A stretch of DNA of 64,000 nucleotides from Spironucleus salmonicida (taxonomy: Eukaryota): the NCBI RefSeq assembly GCF_000497125.1, contig NC_090603.1, forward strand, positions 434,001 through 498,000, in the 5' to 3' direction. The position numbers and the translations under genes were made by a program. Under the pieces are notes generated by a model. The model worked only from the letters and a program-made list of their open reading frames with translations, did not search any database and was not told where the DNA came from. Positions 1 through 11,648 of this stretch are shown one piece after another; within the stretch, counting starts at the first letter, position 1, and each line of letters starts with the position of its first letter.

Positions 1-454
1 TGATCACGTTAAATTTGAACTGGTAGAACTTTGTCTCATTATTAAACAGGAATACGCCCACTCGTCCACATTGTATTTTAACGTTAAAGCCTTGCCTGCA
101 AAATGAGCCTAAAACTTAAAAAATGTTACGTAGAATGCAGTCAGTGAATTCGCGAGTCAATGTTCCTACTGTTACGAGACAAAGGTTCCTGGTAGAGTTA
201 TTTGGCATAAATCTCTTAATTTGCTACGAAATAGCATGCTATGTACAGAACTAATTCGTTAAAAATGCGTTAGGAAGGCCCTTAGAGTCAAATCCACAGT
301 CTGCAAAACCACGGATCATAGTGCCAATCGAATCCAGGTAGTTCACATAAACAGCGTCCCATATACCATTCCAGACAGTCTAGACATCTTCAGGTGTATC
401 ATCAATAATAGTTTGTTCAGCTGTGACAACATAGAGGTCCTAGTTCGTTTTCAT
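1..454 (-). CDS. Partial CDS (3' end outside window), possibly CCDC81-like HU-domain protein
   Basis: Code-6 ORF from ATG 454: MKTNQDLYVV...DVQTVWNGIWDAVY...TREFTDCILRNIFQVLGSFCRQGFNVKIQCGRVGVFLF. The pattern resembles eukaryotic CCDC81 HU-like domains by eye only. Confidence 0.5.
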
Positions 455-1396
455 TTGAATTGTGGAAGGGAGTGCGCCAAAATAGAATATATGAATATAA
501 CTATATAATAATCGTAATATAGGTAAAATATATATAAAAACATAAATAAGTAAGAAATATAAATGTGACTGTCCTACTAAGTTGGCTCAGATGAAAATGT
601 TGTAAAACATAAACTTTAAAATCATATGTAATGTATTTACATAGCATAATTGATATGATTACTCTAATAAAATTATAAAAATTATTAACGGAATTGCTAG
701 AGTAAAATTTAATTTATTACCACATTATAATATGTTAAAGAAAAAATATCTTAATAATGATATTAGTTTATCTAGGTTAATGGATAAATAATTCTGATTC
801 GCTATAATTTAACTGAAGTTTTGGTGTTGCTTTTTCCAGCGCAATCCTATTTGGATCATTAAGTGGCAAAACTCACACAGTACATCAAATTAAGCTCAAA
901 CTACGGAAAGAAGGCTAGCAGGCCAAACTTCCCCTTTTTGCCAGTTCGCTAGCGCAGACTAATCTCTTGCGCTGCAACACGTTAAGAGCAGACCCACTCC
1001 GAACCTAGAATTCGCTCTAGCTGCTTCCCTATCTGCAGTGATCTGGAAGGCGCATCCACTTAGATCTCCTCTCTGCGCGGCACGGTGGTTCTGGCTGGAG
1101 TTCGGCAGTATTTTAGTACTGCTTCGCAGCGCACATTCAAGATGAGTCAAGCGAGCAGCCCGCATTGGGCCATCTTTGACGCTAAACTGCCGCTGTCGGT
1201 TTCCGCAGTCCCGCCGGCCTCGCATCCAGCACCATACCGTCCGGCTCGAAGCCGCTAGCCTCGTCGCGGTTATGAAGCCGAATACAATAAGATGCCTATC
1301 TAGCAAAAACAAAATTGTATACTTTCTAGCTGGAGTATACTCCCCTTAATAGTAGCCTATGCGGCCGCTGCTGCAAATCGAGGCGCCCCTCCACAA

Positions 1397-1825
1397 ATGA
1401 GCATGAAGCAGGCCATGATCCTGGAGTTCAACTTCTACAACAGCAGGAACGCGCTCATCTCCTACACCGCAAAGGCCGGCACCCCGGAGCTGACCCCGAT
1501 CGTCATCTTCAACGACGACGCCAGCACCCTGTACTTCAACTTCTCCACCAAGTCCCGCCACTACGCGGAGATCGCGAGCGCCGTGCACAAGCGCATCACG
1601 GTGGGCAACATCTACACCAACCGGCGCTCCACCTTCCAGTACGAGCTGGAGCTGCTGGATAGCAAGGCGCACGAGGACCTCTACGACCTCTGCTGGAGGG
1701 AGGAGGTCTTCGAGATGTTCGACGAGGACGAGTTCCGCGCCGACAGGGTGGTGTTCAGGATCGTCATCAAGTCCGCCCAGTTCATCGACGAGGACGACCA
1801 GATCCTGGAGGAAGTGAAGTTCTGA
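1397..1825 (+). CDS. Pyridoxamine 5'-phosphate oxidase-like FMN-binding split-barrel protein (142 aa)
   Basis: ATG-TGA ORF with strong GC3 bias. Motif TLYFNFSTKSRHYAEIAS and size fit the PNPOx/general-stress split-barrel fold. Confidence 0.6.
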   Translation: MSMKQAMILEFNFYNSRNALISYTAKAGTPELTPIVIFNDDASTLYFNFSTKSRHYAEIASAVHKRITVGNIYTNRRSTFQYELELLDSKAHEDLYDLCWREEVFEMFDEDEFRADRVVFRIVIKSAQFIDEDDQILEEVKF

Positions 1826-1828
1826 TTC

Positions 1829-2281
1829 TCACTCGCCGAGCCGCGTCTACTGGTTCTCCAGCTCCAGGATCTTGAAGAAGTCCAGCTCCGACAGCGAGAC
1901 GATGCACTGCTTGATGTTGTAGACCTGGCTGCTCTGCTTGATCTCCGCCACGGTGATCACCCGCTTGAGGTAGCGGACGAAGCGCACCACCAGCGCCTCC
2001 TTGGACGCGGACACCACCTCGCACAGGCACACCGCCCCGGCGTAGTGGGCGGGCTGCGTGTGGACCACCAGGCAGGTGTCGCCCCGCTTCATCTTCAGCG
2101 AGATCTGGCGGTCGGACGGCTTGGAGAGGAAGTCGATCTGGACCGCGTTCTGCTCCTTGGTCAGGCGCTCGATCTTCTGGGCCGAGAGGCGGTTGGCGTG
2201 CGTCTTGATGACGTAGAAGACCTGGTTGCACTGGTTCAGGATGATGTCCGTGTGCTGGGCCTGGTGGTCCATGTTTAGCAT
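1829..2281 (-). CDS. EVE (PUA-like, Thy28/THYN1-type) domain protein (150 aa)
   Basis: FYVIKT...MKRGDTCLVVHT...GAVCLCEVV...VRFVRYLKRVITVAEIK...IVSLSELDFFKIL matches EVE motifs. One in-frame TAG corresponds to CAG in the other arm. Confidence 0.7.
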
Positions 2282-2322
2282 TTTGGGAGCGGGAGTGAGT
2301 ATATATAATAGCAGCAAAGTCC

Positions 2323-3810
2323 TCAGTGCGCCTTTCTGCGGCTGGTGCGCTTGCGGTTCTTCATGGCCACGACAGCCTGGACGATGCCATGGATGGCGAA
2401 CGCCGTGCAGCACGCGACCCACGATGCCCCCACCGCCACTGCGGCTATCAACCCGTAGTTCACCGGCTGTGCCTTCACGTCGTCCAGGAACAGGAGGTAC
2501 GTGGCGCCATCCAGCACCATCGACAGGCCGTATCGGGCCGTATCGAAGAAGCCGTCGTAGCCAGTGAAGGAGACCTGCGTGGCCGAGCTGTCGCCGCTCG
2601 CCGTAATCGCAACCTTGTTGTGGTTTATAAGCGAGAACTCGGCCGGTCCGGCGCTGCACTTCCCGTTGAGGTACAGGGTCAGGTCGATGACGTTTTTCCT
2701 CCTGACCGCCGTCACCTTGGTCCAGCAGGTCGGGACCATCTGGGGGGTCTGCTTGTACATGGCCTTGAGCGTCTGGTCTGAGCCCACCGAGATGATGTCC
2801 AGGACGACGCGGTCGAACTGCTGGGAGAGCACGATGGCGCTGCAGATCGGGCGCAGCTTGATGATCTGGCTCGCGCAGGTAATCTGAAGCACCTGGTTGT
2901 TGACGAGCGGCGCGTTGTGGCTGCTGAGGAAGGAGTGCTGGGTGCCGTTCACGATGAAGGAGAGCTTGAAGGTCGTGTGGTCTCCCAATTTACTCGTGTA
3001 GTCATCATACTTATCCTAGTCAAACTGGAGCCTGAGATAAATGTCGTCGTTCTGGAGCGACATGAGGGCTACCTGGAAGAAGGCCACTACGGTCTCCAGG
3101 CGCGTAGACTCCACGTCGACCTGGAACTCGACCTTGGAGCCCACCTGGCTGGTCGTGAAGACGATGAAGGTGTTGAGGAACGGCTGCTGCTGCACGAACT
3201 CGAGCAGGTCATCCTTGAACATTATCTCCTGCTTCGCAACCATGTAGTCGAACCCCATATTCAGGTCCAGCTCCACCAAGGCGCCGCTGAGGCTCAGCTG
3301 GACCGCTTGCAGGAAGTTGTCGGGGCTAGCAGTCTTGAGCTACATCTGCGTCTTGCAGAGGCCAGTCGGAAAGAGCTCCACCTCGATCCGGTCCCGGAAG
3401 ACCTGGGCAACGGACCGCGGCTCGTAGCACGCCTGCAGGTTGGACTTCTGGAGCGAGAACTTGGGGATCAGCGTGGTGAGCACCTGCCCGAAGGTGTAGA
3501 TGTCGAGCTGCGCTGAGTACACCAGGCCAATCTTTTGGCCAGTCGGGAGCGCGGCGGCAAAGGTGATGTTGGTGATGTTCTGGTAGGAAAAGGAGGACAG
3601 CGTGGTGGTCACAATGGGGATCTTGATGCCCTCCAGGCTGTTGATCGTGAGGTTAACCTGGACCCCAGGCGGCATCTTGCCGCAGGCTTCCACGTTAAGG
3701 GGCTTCAGCTGAACCACCAGCTGGTTTATGTTTTCATCATAAATGATTAGTGAATTTTCATCAAAGCAGTTATCTAGAACTTGTTGAAATATTTAAAGTA
3801 CAATCAGCAT
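2323..3810 (-). CDS. Type I membrane/surface protein 'P' (495 aa), intact copy
   Basis: ATG 3810 MLIVLQIFQQVLDNCFDENS... joins three same-frame standard ORFs through TAG codons. C-terminal TM segment (LIAAVAVGASWVACCTAFAIHGIV) and basic tail. Confidence 0.85.
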
Positions 3811-4512
3811 TTTAATGAAAATTTGTTTTATTATATAATATACGATTAAGGAAAAATAATAAATCTATAATATTTATAAATAAAAATATATGAAAGAAAT
3901 TGATCTATGCTACAATTGATATGAAATATAACAAAATATATGCCATTAGAATTAGAATTTTAGAGAATCAGTTTTAAAATTTAGAACAAATAAATGTAAA
4001 TTGATATATTATAGCACATTATAAACTTCTAGTATCAGTTAATGGTTTACGAAATATAAATTCAGTTAAGATAATGAGATGAAATATTCATCATTCATAA
4101 AGTAAATGTATAGTGTATTATTTAAATGCTTATCGTATATTCAGATATTTTACTTTGTAAAAACGATGGTTCCAAATATCTAAATTTAGATTTATGCTAG
4201 ATTTTATTGTAAATAGAAACTAAATGAGCACATAAAAGTTAATTATATAAAATATTAATACTGTAATACGAAAAACTAAAATAAAAAATATATTTAGTTT
4301 TTGGTTAGGATGAATATATGAAATAGCTTCTTATTCTCATATAAATAAAATTTACGGTTTACCTTACTACATATTGCTTTTAATAAAACTTAATATTTTG
4401 AATACGTAATAAATCTTAATATAGAAATTAATCAAGTAAAAACTAATATATTCAGTTTATTAGTAGTTTAAAAATAAATATTGCATCACCTATTATCCGG
4501 TATTTTGCGAAA

Positions 4513-6072
4513 ATGATAAGTTTAGTTCTAGCGCTGACCTGCTTCGAGCAGACCGCCCAGGTGGTAGGGCAGGAGCAGCAGTCCACGGTCTAGCTGCTGC
4601 TGACGCCGCTGGAGTCCGCCCACGACCTCTGTAAGGCCTCCTCCGGTACCGAGTCGACCGCCCTCATTAAGTTTAACGCAAAACAAGTCGAGGCGACGTT
4701 CACCTACCAGGACGACAAGGCCATAGTAATCCCCTTCGACCTTTCTTCAGATACAGGAAACTTCAAGGAGATGTTCAATACCGACGTGATATCCTACCAG
4801 ATCAAGCTGGCTGGCTCGCTCAACGTCAACGGCTCCGTGCAGAAGGTGAACCTGGTCCGCCTCAACACCTCCGCCTGCTGGGACGACCTGAAGCTGGTGT
4901 ACTCCCGCACCGCTGGGGGCGAGTTCATCCAGATGACCGGCACCCCGCTCCTCTGCACGATCAGCACGCCCGCCATCACCTTCCGGTTCGTCTCGGGCGG
5001 CCGGCAGCGGTAGCTAGCTATCTCGGGAAGCACCGGAGGCGCAGAGTATTACAAGAAAGGGAGCGCCTTCGACTACAGCAAGATCAAGTTCTACAAGCAG
5101 GAGCTCTCCACTCTGACCGACGAGGCCGACAAGCAGACCATGCGCGACTTTTTCGACGAATTCGAGCAGAACCGCGACCTCCGGGTTCAGTTCGTCCTCA
5201 CCACCTCCGACTACCCCGTCCGCGCCATCATTGACGTCATAGAGAGCCAGAACACCGCCTGCATCACAAACTTGAAACCCCGGGTCTATATCGACTCACG
5301 CTACGTGAACATCGAGTTGGAGAACAAAAAGTACGCGGGGGAGTCGGAATGCGTCTCGAACGCGGTCTACTTCAGGCACCACGCGATAATTCGCTCAAAC
5401 AAAGGCACGTTCCATGCGGTCGTTTTCGAGCAGAATGTCACCGATTTCATCGCCCGCGGGGGCGTGGACATGCCGTTCGACCCCCTGATCCCGGATTTCC
5501 AGCAGATTTAGGAGGCGGAGGTGCGGTACTATCTGACATCGTACGACGAGAGCGGGAACATATTGCTCGAGACCAGCCACAGGGGCCCGATGTCGCTCAG
5601 CTGCATCGATTACTTCGCGGCCAGCGTCCGGTAGCAGCAGGGTGGCTGCGTCGCAGTGAGCTTTTACGGCACCGAGTCGTGCCTGGCGAGGACGGTCCAG
5701 GAAATGGACATTATTTTCGCGTCCTAAATCGACGGGTTCACTTCTAGGGTCACCTATTTTTCGTTTAAGCTCTCATTTACGCCGTCAACCACTATAACGG
5801 AGCTGTGCAGTGGGGAAAATACCAATATAATATACGGCACAGATGCCCCAGAAACCACGTTCTACCAGCGCCTGAAGGCGTACTCGCGGCTGATTCAGCG
5901 GGGACAGTAGCTCTACGTGGCGTTTTCCGGGGAGCAGGAGTTCTTCAACTGGGACCGCTGCAACCTGGACGTGAGCGACGCGCTCCTCTACCCGATTGTG
6001 GGGTCCTGCGTGCTCATCGCCATCCTGGTCGCGCTGATGACGGTGTGGCAGTCGCGGCAGCTGATTCAATGA
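4513..6072 (+). CDS. Type I membrane/surface protein 'Q', variant L (519 aa)
   Basis: MISLVLALTCFEQTAQ... short signal peptide, spaced Cys, C-terminal TM (LLYPIVGSCVLIAILVALMTVW). Continuous in code 6. Confidence 0.88.
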
Positions 6073-6117
6073 GGCTCAGAGTGATGTTTTGCGCACTTCC
6101 CGGAATTTCCGCTCACT

Positions 6118-6771
6118 TCAGGGCCGCATCCCGTAGACCGCGAAGTCCTACCTCGCGCCGCTTTCCGTCTCCTCCAGCACCAGGAGGTTGCACATCCGCA
6201 CTCGGTCCGCCCGGAGGCCGAGGCAGGCGCCCGCGAGCTTGGCGTCGAGGTCGCGGCGCCACTCTGCGTCCGGCTCTCCGAATATATCGTTGCTGCTCGC
6301 AGCCTGCACCAGGAACTCGCAGCCAAAGCGGAGCTGCAGCCGCCCCCCGTCGCGCTGGGCGCCTTGCATCAAGAGCAGGGCCTGGCCGGCGTCCGTATCG
6401 CACAGCAGCTGCACCACGCGCATCTCCGCGGGGAAGTCGTCTAGCAGCACCGCGGGCCCGCCGGTAAAGGACAGCTGGGCGCGGCGCTGGGGGACCCTCG
6501 TGGCGCTGACGGTGTGGCTGGCCCCTGCCGCCGTGAGGGTTATGGCGGCACCAGCATCCAGGGCATCGAGGCACTGCCGGGACGTCTCTGGGCCGAGGTC
6601 GCCAAGGCAGAGGTAGGCCGGGGAGGCGAGATGGCCCAGGGCCTGTGCGTGCTCCCCGCCGACGGAGACTGCGAAGCGAGGCCTCATAGCGTCCAGCTCA
6701 TCGGACTGGAGCAGCTGCAGCCGGTGGCCCTGGAGCTCCGCGGCTACCAGCATGAGCACCCCGAGTAGCAT
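6118..6771 (-). CDS. Hypothetical protein with predicted signal peptide (217 aa)
   Basis: MLLGVLMLVAAELQGHRL...GAR-TAG-DFAVYGMRP-TGA. ATG preceded by AAA; AGTGA directly follows the stop. Confidence 0.7.
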
Positions 6772-6936
6772 TTTGGAAGGAAGTGGTGTTGTGCGTGTCT
6801 GGGGAGAGCACAGCGCGTACTGCCTCCACTCCAGCAGTTCAGCCCAGGGGTGCCTGTAGTGTGAATCAGGCTCACTCCTACGAAACCCCCGGGCCCAGGC
6901 CCAACCAGCGGCACCTCCCCGCATCGCGGTCGGCAC

Positions 6937-8781
6937 TCACTGGAAGCGCGCAGCGTAGTGCCCCACCACCCGGTCTGACAGCTCGCGCACCACGCCGAGG
7001 GACCCGGTGCGGGAGATGGCGTCCACCGCCGCGCCGTCCACAGGCCGGTCGAACACGCCGAGCATCTGCCCGAAGACGCCCAGGTTTGCCGCGGCCTGCA
7101 GCTCCGGGTCCGCGGTGCGCACGGGCACCCCGGTGTTGGGCTGCACCGCGCGGTTGAGGGCAAAGGGGCCCGCGGAGAAGAGGCGCTGCACCTCGTCGCG
7201 GGCGTAGAAGCCCACCACACGCTCACACTGGAGCAGGGTGAAGGGCAGGTGGTGCTGGGCCTCCAGGGCGGCGAGGCGCGCGCACACCCCATTGGCCGCG
7301 AGCTGCATGGCCACGGCGCGGTACACCACGAAGAGGCGCGAGGGGACGCCCAGCTCAGCGGCGAGGGCCTCCTCTTCTGGGGACAGCACCGCGCCCGGAA
7401 TCGCGTGCGGGGCGTCGATGGCCCCATAGGTGCGCTCCCCGATGCCCCGCACAAGGTCTGCCAGCTCGTGGCTGCGGCCCGCCCGGTCCGTGATCTTCTT
7501 CGCGTAGTGGCTTTGCAGCCCGAGGCGCATGATCTCGGCCTTGATGAAGGTGTCCGCCGCCTCGTCGATGAATGGGTTATACACGTACAGCCCGCAGTGG
7601 GCCACATACTGCCGCACCGGGAAGAGGTCCGGGAGCGTGGCCGCCACCAGCTCCGCCTCGGCCCGGGAGAACCGGCGGGCGGAGTGCAAGCGCGTGTTCT
7701 GCGCGTTAAGGCGCCCGACCTCATAGTTTGCGACATTCACGGCGGCCTTGGAGCAAACCAGGGCCTGCCTGCCCAGACGGAGCGCGAAGGAGGCCACCGG
7801 CGCCAGCGCCTTCGGGGCGAGCACCCGGCCCGCACGCTAGGCCTGCAGCACCTGCCGCGTCGGGAGGCTTGCGAACTTGACATTGCGGAAGACGAAGCGC
7901 TGGCGCAGCGGGACCGTCTAGGGCGGGAGCGCATCGGCGACTAGGTCCGTCGCGGAGTAGTCCATGACGTCGGGGAGGTCGTTGAAGAAGGCCGCGTCGA
8001 GGAAGTACAGGAAGCTAACCACTCCCACGCCGTCCATGGTTAGCATTCGGTGGGTCTCAGGCCCGCGGGGCTTACGCGCCAGGACGGTGCGCGGCACCCA
8101 CTGATCGAAGGAGGCGGGGGAGCGCATGACGTGCAGCAGCATTGATGCGCCGGTGACCTCACGGACCACGGTTCGCGCCTTGTTCGCGTCCAGGGCGTCC
8201 GGCTGCGCGCGATTGCGGAGTCTGTTGCGCTGCACCGCATTCACGCCGGCGTCCGCAAAGGGGGCGGTGACCAAGAGGCGATCCGGGGCAGACCCTAGCT
8301 GCTGGAGCACTGGCGAGAAGGGGTCCTCTGCGCCCAGCTCGACCTCGAGGAAGGGAAACCGCGATGCGATTTGGGCCACCACGTCCCGCAAGAACGCCGG
8401 CATCTGCGCGGAGAGAGTGAAGCGGCGCAGCACAGGCACCTAGGCTAAGAGTGCGGTGTGGTGCCCCAGGAAGGTCGCCAGTGGCGCCGCCAGCAGGACA
8501 TCGAGCGCGGCGTTGGCGGGCCCCAGCCGCCCAAGCAGCAGCCGGTAGAATCGCAGTCCGAAGCGCTAGGTGCCAAAGACCTCCAGCGGCAGGAGCGGGA
8601 GAGTGCGCTGGTCCTCAGGCGCACCGATGCCCAGGAAGTGCTGAGAGCGCGCCGCGTAGAGAGAGGCGATGGCGGCGGCCTGCTCCGGCGTGCAGGGCAG
8701 GGAGGACAGCTCGGACGCTGCCAGCAGGGACAGCTGGGCGCGGAAGTGCTCTGCAGTGGGGAACCCGGTGAGGAGTACCAT
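6937..8781 (-). CDS. 614-aa protein with Ada2-like C-terminal half (SWIRM-like)
   Basis: Three standard ORFs joined through TAGs from ATG 8781 (MVLLTGFPT). RRFSRAEAELV...DTFIKAEIMRLGL...IPGAVLSPEEEALAAELGVPSRLFVVYRAV...CERVVGFY resembles the Ada2 C-terminus. Confidence 0.55.
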
Positions 8782-8875
8782 TTGGAGCGGAGGGTCGGAA
8801 GGGAGGCGTACTGGGCCGCGGGCGAGTGGGACGCCCTGGCCGCTCCAATTGGGGTTCCGCCCAGACCCGCTCCGA

Positions 8876-9120
8876 ATGTAGCAGCGCACCGCCCTAATAG
8901 TTTGCGCCGCCGTCCTGGCCGTTCTTCTGGCTGCCCGCCACTACGTCGCGCGGTACCTTCAGCACGCCACGCGCAGTGCGCCACCGCAACTCCAGCGCCT
9001 GGCCCGGGAGCACCCGACTGCGTCCCTGAGGGCACCGTGTTCGACCTCGCGCACCTGGATCGCCTCCGCCCTCGGGTCCTCCAGCAGTTCCGCGCCAGCG
9101 TCCACGCCAAGGAGGAGTGA
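8876..9120 (+). pseudogene. Frameshifted copy of the 81-aa membrane-anchored protein (or a sequencing error)
   Basis: GAGCACCCGAC here versus GAGCACCCCGAC in the right arm: 1-nt deletion at about 9013. Confidence 0.6.
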
Positions 9121-9499
9121 ATTACATTATTACATTGAGCTAGCTTTTTGATAATAGTTGTAAAACTAGAAAACTATTAAAATAATCTCAGTAAAATAAC
9201 ATTTCATAAAGCAATAACTCTTAATCCAAAAAAAACCAATTGCTAATAAATAAATTATGAGCATAAAGGTTATCTCTGTTAGTTGAATGACTGCTATATT
9301 ATCTTTGAGTCTTAAATATCACATAAATCAAATATAGTTTACTGATATAATAAACTGATGATGGCCGAGAAATGAAATTATTTATTCACGCTGTCTTTTA
9401 ACACATCTTAATATTAGTAAATACTTATTTTATAATTCAAAAAATAAACTTATAATTAACTAAATAATAATAAAATATTTTCTCTCCAAAATTTCTAAA

Positions 9500-11218
9500 A
9501 TGTAGGATGATACTACAACAATTAAATAACTTTAACTATAGCTTTAATCACAACAGTAGCAGCTCCGTATTTCCCATTAATAAGCAGAATAATTATAACG
9601 TCTTTAATAAGCTATCATCCGTATGTTTTTAGAATTTAGAGATCGTGCAGCTGACGAATTATCAAACGTTCCAGCAGAAACTTAGGATTAACTATTAACA
9701 GAGCAACCTCTAGTTATTTTGGATAAGTTACGCGCGTAATTAAGAATTCTTTTATCGTTTAAGGATGATTTTGAAAATCAGCTTAAAATTAAAACAACAG
9801 TTCATGATTCATCATAATAGTCCACTAAGAAAGATGTTTAATAACGCTTGATAGAATCTTAAGATAAAATATTCCAACTAAAGTAAGAGCTTTCGAAAGC
9901 AAAATCAGATATTAATAACTTTGAGTAAGAAAAAGATTAATTGTTATATAATAATAACTAATAATTTCAAGATTTAAAGTAAAAGCTTACATTCATTGAG
10001 AAATCAAAGGCATAATTGGAAGATTAACTTCTAGAAAGAGATTAAAGAATCAAAAAATATAACCTTTTAATGAAAAATTAAGATCTAAAGCTAGCTAGAA
10101 TCAGTGAATTAGAGGCTAAACTTCAATAAAAAGAAACTGAGTTCCAATCTAGGATTGCAAAAGTTTAAACTTTAGATAGAAACGAAATCATTCGTCTTTA
10201 GCGGGAAATTGGAAACTTTAAAAAAATTCAAAGTGAAAACACAAAATTGAAGTCAATGCTAAAGGACTATGAAACATAGATTTCAAGTTTTAAAAACAAC
10301 ATTAAAATGGTCAAATTTGACGAATTAAATCATGAAAATTATGCTCTAAACACTCAAATTTAAGCACTGTTAACTGAAGTTCAAACGGTAAATTAGAACT
10401 ACAAATAAAGTGAAAATTCGAGAATTATCATGGAGTTGGAACTCAAAAATGCTAAGTAACAATTATAATAAATTAAGTCAGATAATGATAAATTTTCTGG
10501 TCTAAATAACATGAATTCTAGCATTATGAATAAATCTCAGACCTTGTAAAATAATTAAAATTAGTACTAACTTTCAACGCCAAATATGAAAGGTACTAAG
10601 AAATAAAATAATAATATTTTGGCTTAGTATGAACTTTAGACTGCTCTAGATAAGCTGAAAGAGCGCGATCGTGAAATCGAAGAACTCGCAAAACGGGTAC
10701 GAAAATTGCTCGCGTTGTAGCACAAATCTGCGTTATCTCAAAAGGCTTTTTAAGAGGAAAAACAATCACTTGAAAAATAAATTTAACAGCTTCGGGATGA
10801 GATTGCCCAACTACGAAAAATGCAGAATTTTGAAAAAATTTCGAATTAAAAAATAGGAAATTCAGACGAATTGCTGCGAGATGTTTAAAATTTACGTGCA
10901 TTTGCTATAACAGCTAGTAGTGTGTATAATAATGCGAATAATAAAAATTCTACTCTTTAAAATGGAAAAAATTAATAAGGTTAATAGTCATATAATAATG
11001 CGAATATAGGTAAAAATTAACAAAATTAATAAATTTACAGTGGTGGAATGGCTGCACTTGAGGATGTTGAGGATCCTAGAGAGTTTTTGAGATAGAGAGG
11101 TAGTAGTGCTAAGCTTACACCAGGGCGTGGAGGAGGTTATGGTAGTGGTCAGATGTTAGCTGGTAACACAGGGGGAAATGGGAGAGGTCGGAGTGCTGTT
11201 CAGTTTGGATTGATGTGA
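9500..11218 (+). CDS. Coiled-coil protein (~572 aa), single-copy, in the palindrome spacer
   Basis: MQDDTTTIKQLQLQLQSQQQQL... many TAA/TAG Gln codons, heptad-like composition, Gly-rich tail ending FGLM-TGA in frame. Confidence 0.8.
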
Positions 11219-11308
11219 CAGAGAGTGAAGTTATTGTTAGTTTCTTATGGTTTTATAGGATATTTGATTGTTTTTGTGAAATAACTTCAGTTTCAGTGGA
11301 GTTAGAAC

Positions 11309-11554
11309 TCACTCCTCCTTGGCATGGACGCTGGCGCGGAACTGCTGGAGGACCCGAGGGCGGAGGCGATCCAGGTGCGCGAGGTCGAACACGGTGCCCT
11401 CAGGGACGCAGTCGGGGTGCTCCCGGGCCAGGCGCTGGAGTTGCGGTGGCGCACTGCGCGTGGCGTGCTGAAGGTACCGCGCGACGTAGTGGCGGGCAGC
11501 CAGAAGAACGGCCAGGACGGCGGCGCAAACTATTAGGGCGGTGCGCTGCTACAT
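11309..11554 (-). CDS. Small N-terminally anchored membrane protein (81 aa), intact copy
   Basis: MQQRTALIVCAAVLAVLLAARHYV...REHPDCVPEGTVFDLAHLDRLRPRVLQQFRASVHAKEE, ending GAG-TGA. Confidence 0.7.
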
Positions 11555-11648
11555 TCGGAGCGGGTCTGGGCGGAACCCCAATTGGAGCGGCCAGGGCGTC
11601 CCACTCGCCCGCGGCCCAGTACGCCTCCCTTCCGACCCTCCGCTCCAA

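Larger units (their letters stand above)
831..9120. repeat. Left arm of large inverted repeat
   Basis: Reverse complement of 11309-19525. Near-identical tracts 831-3731, 4509-5247 and 5857-9120; diverged islands 3732-4508 and 5248-5856. Mirrored ORFs are visible in the ORF track. Confidence 0.97.
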
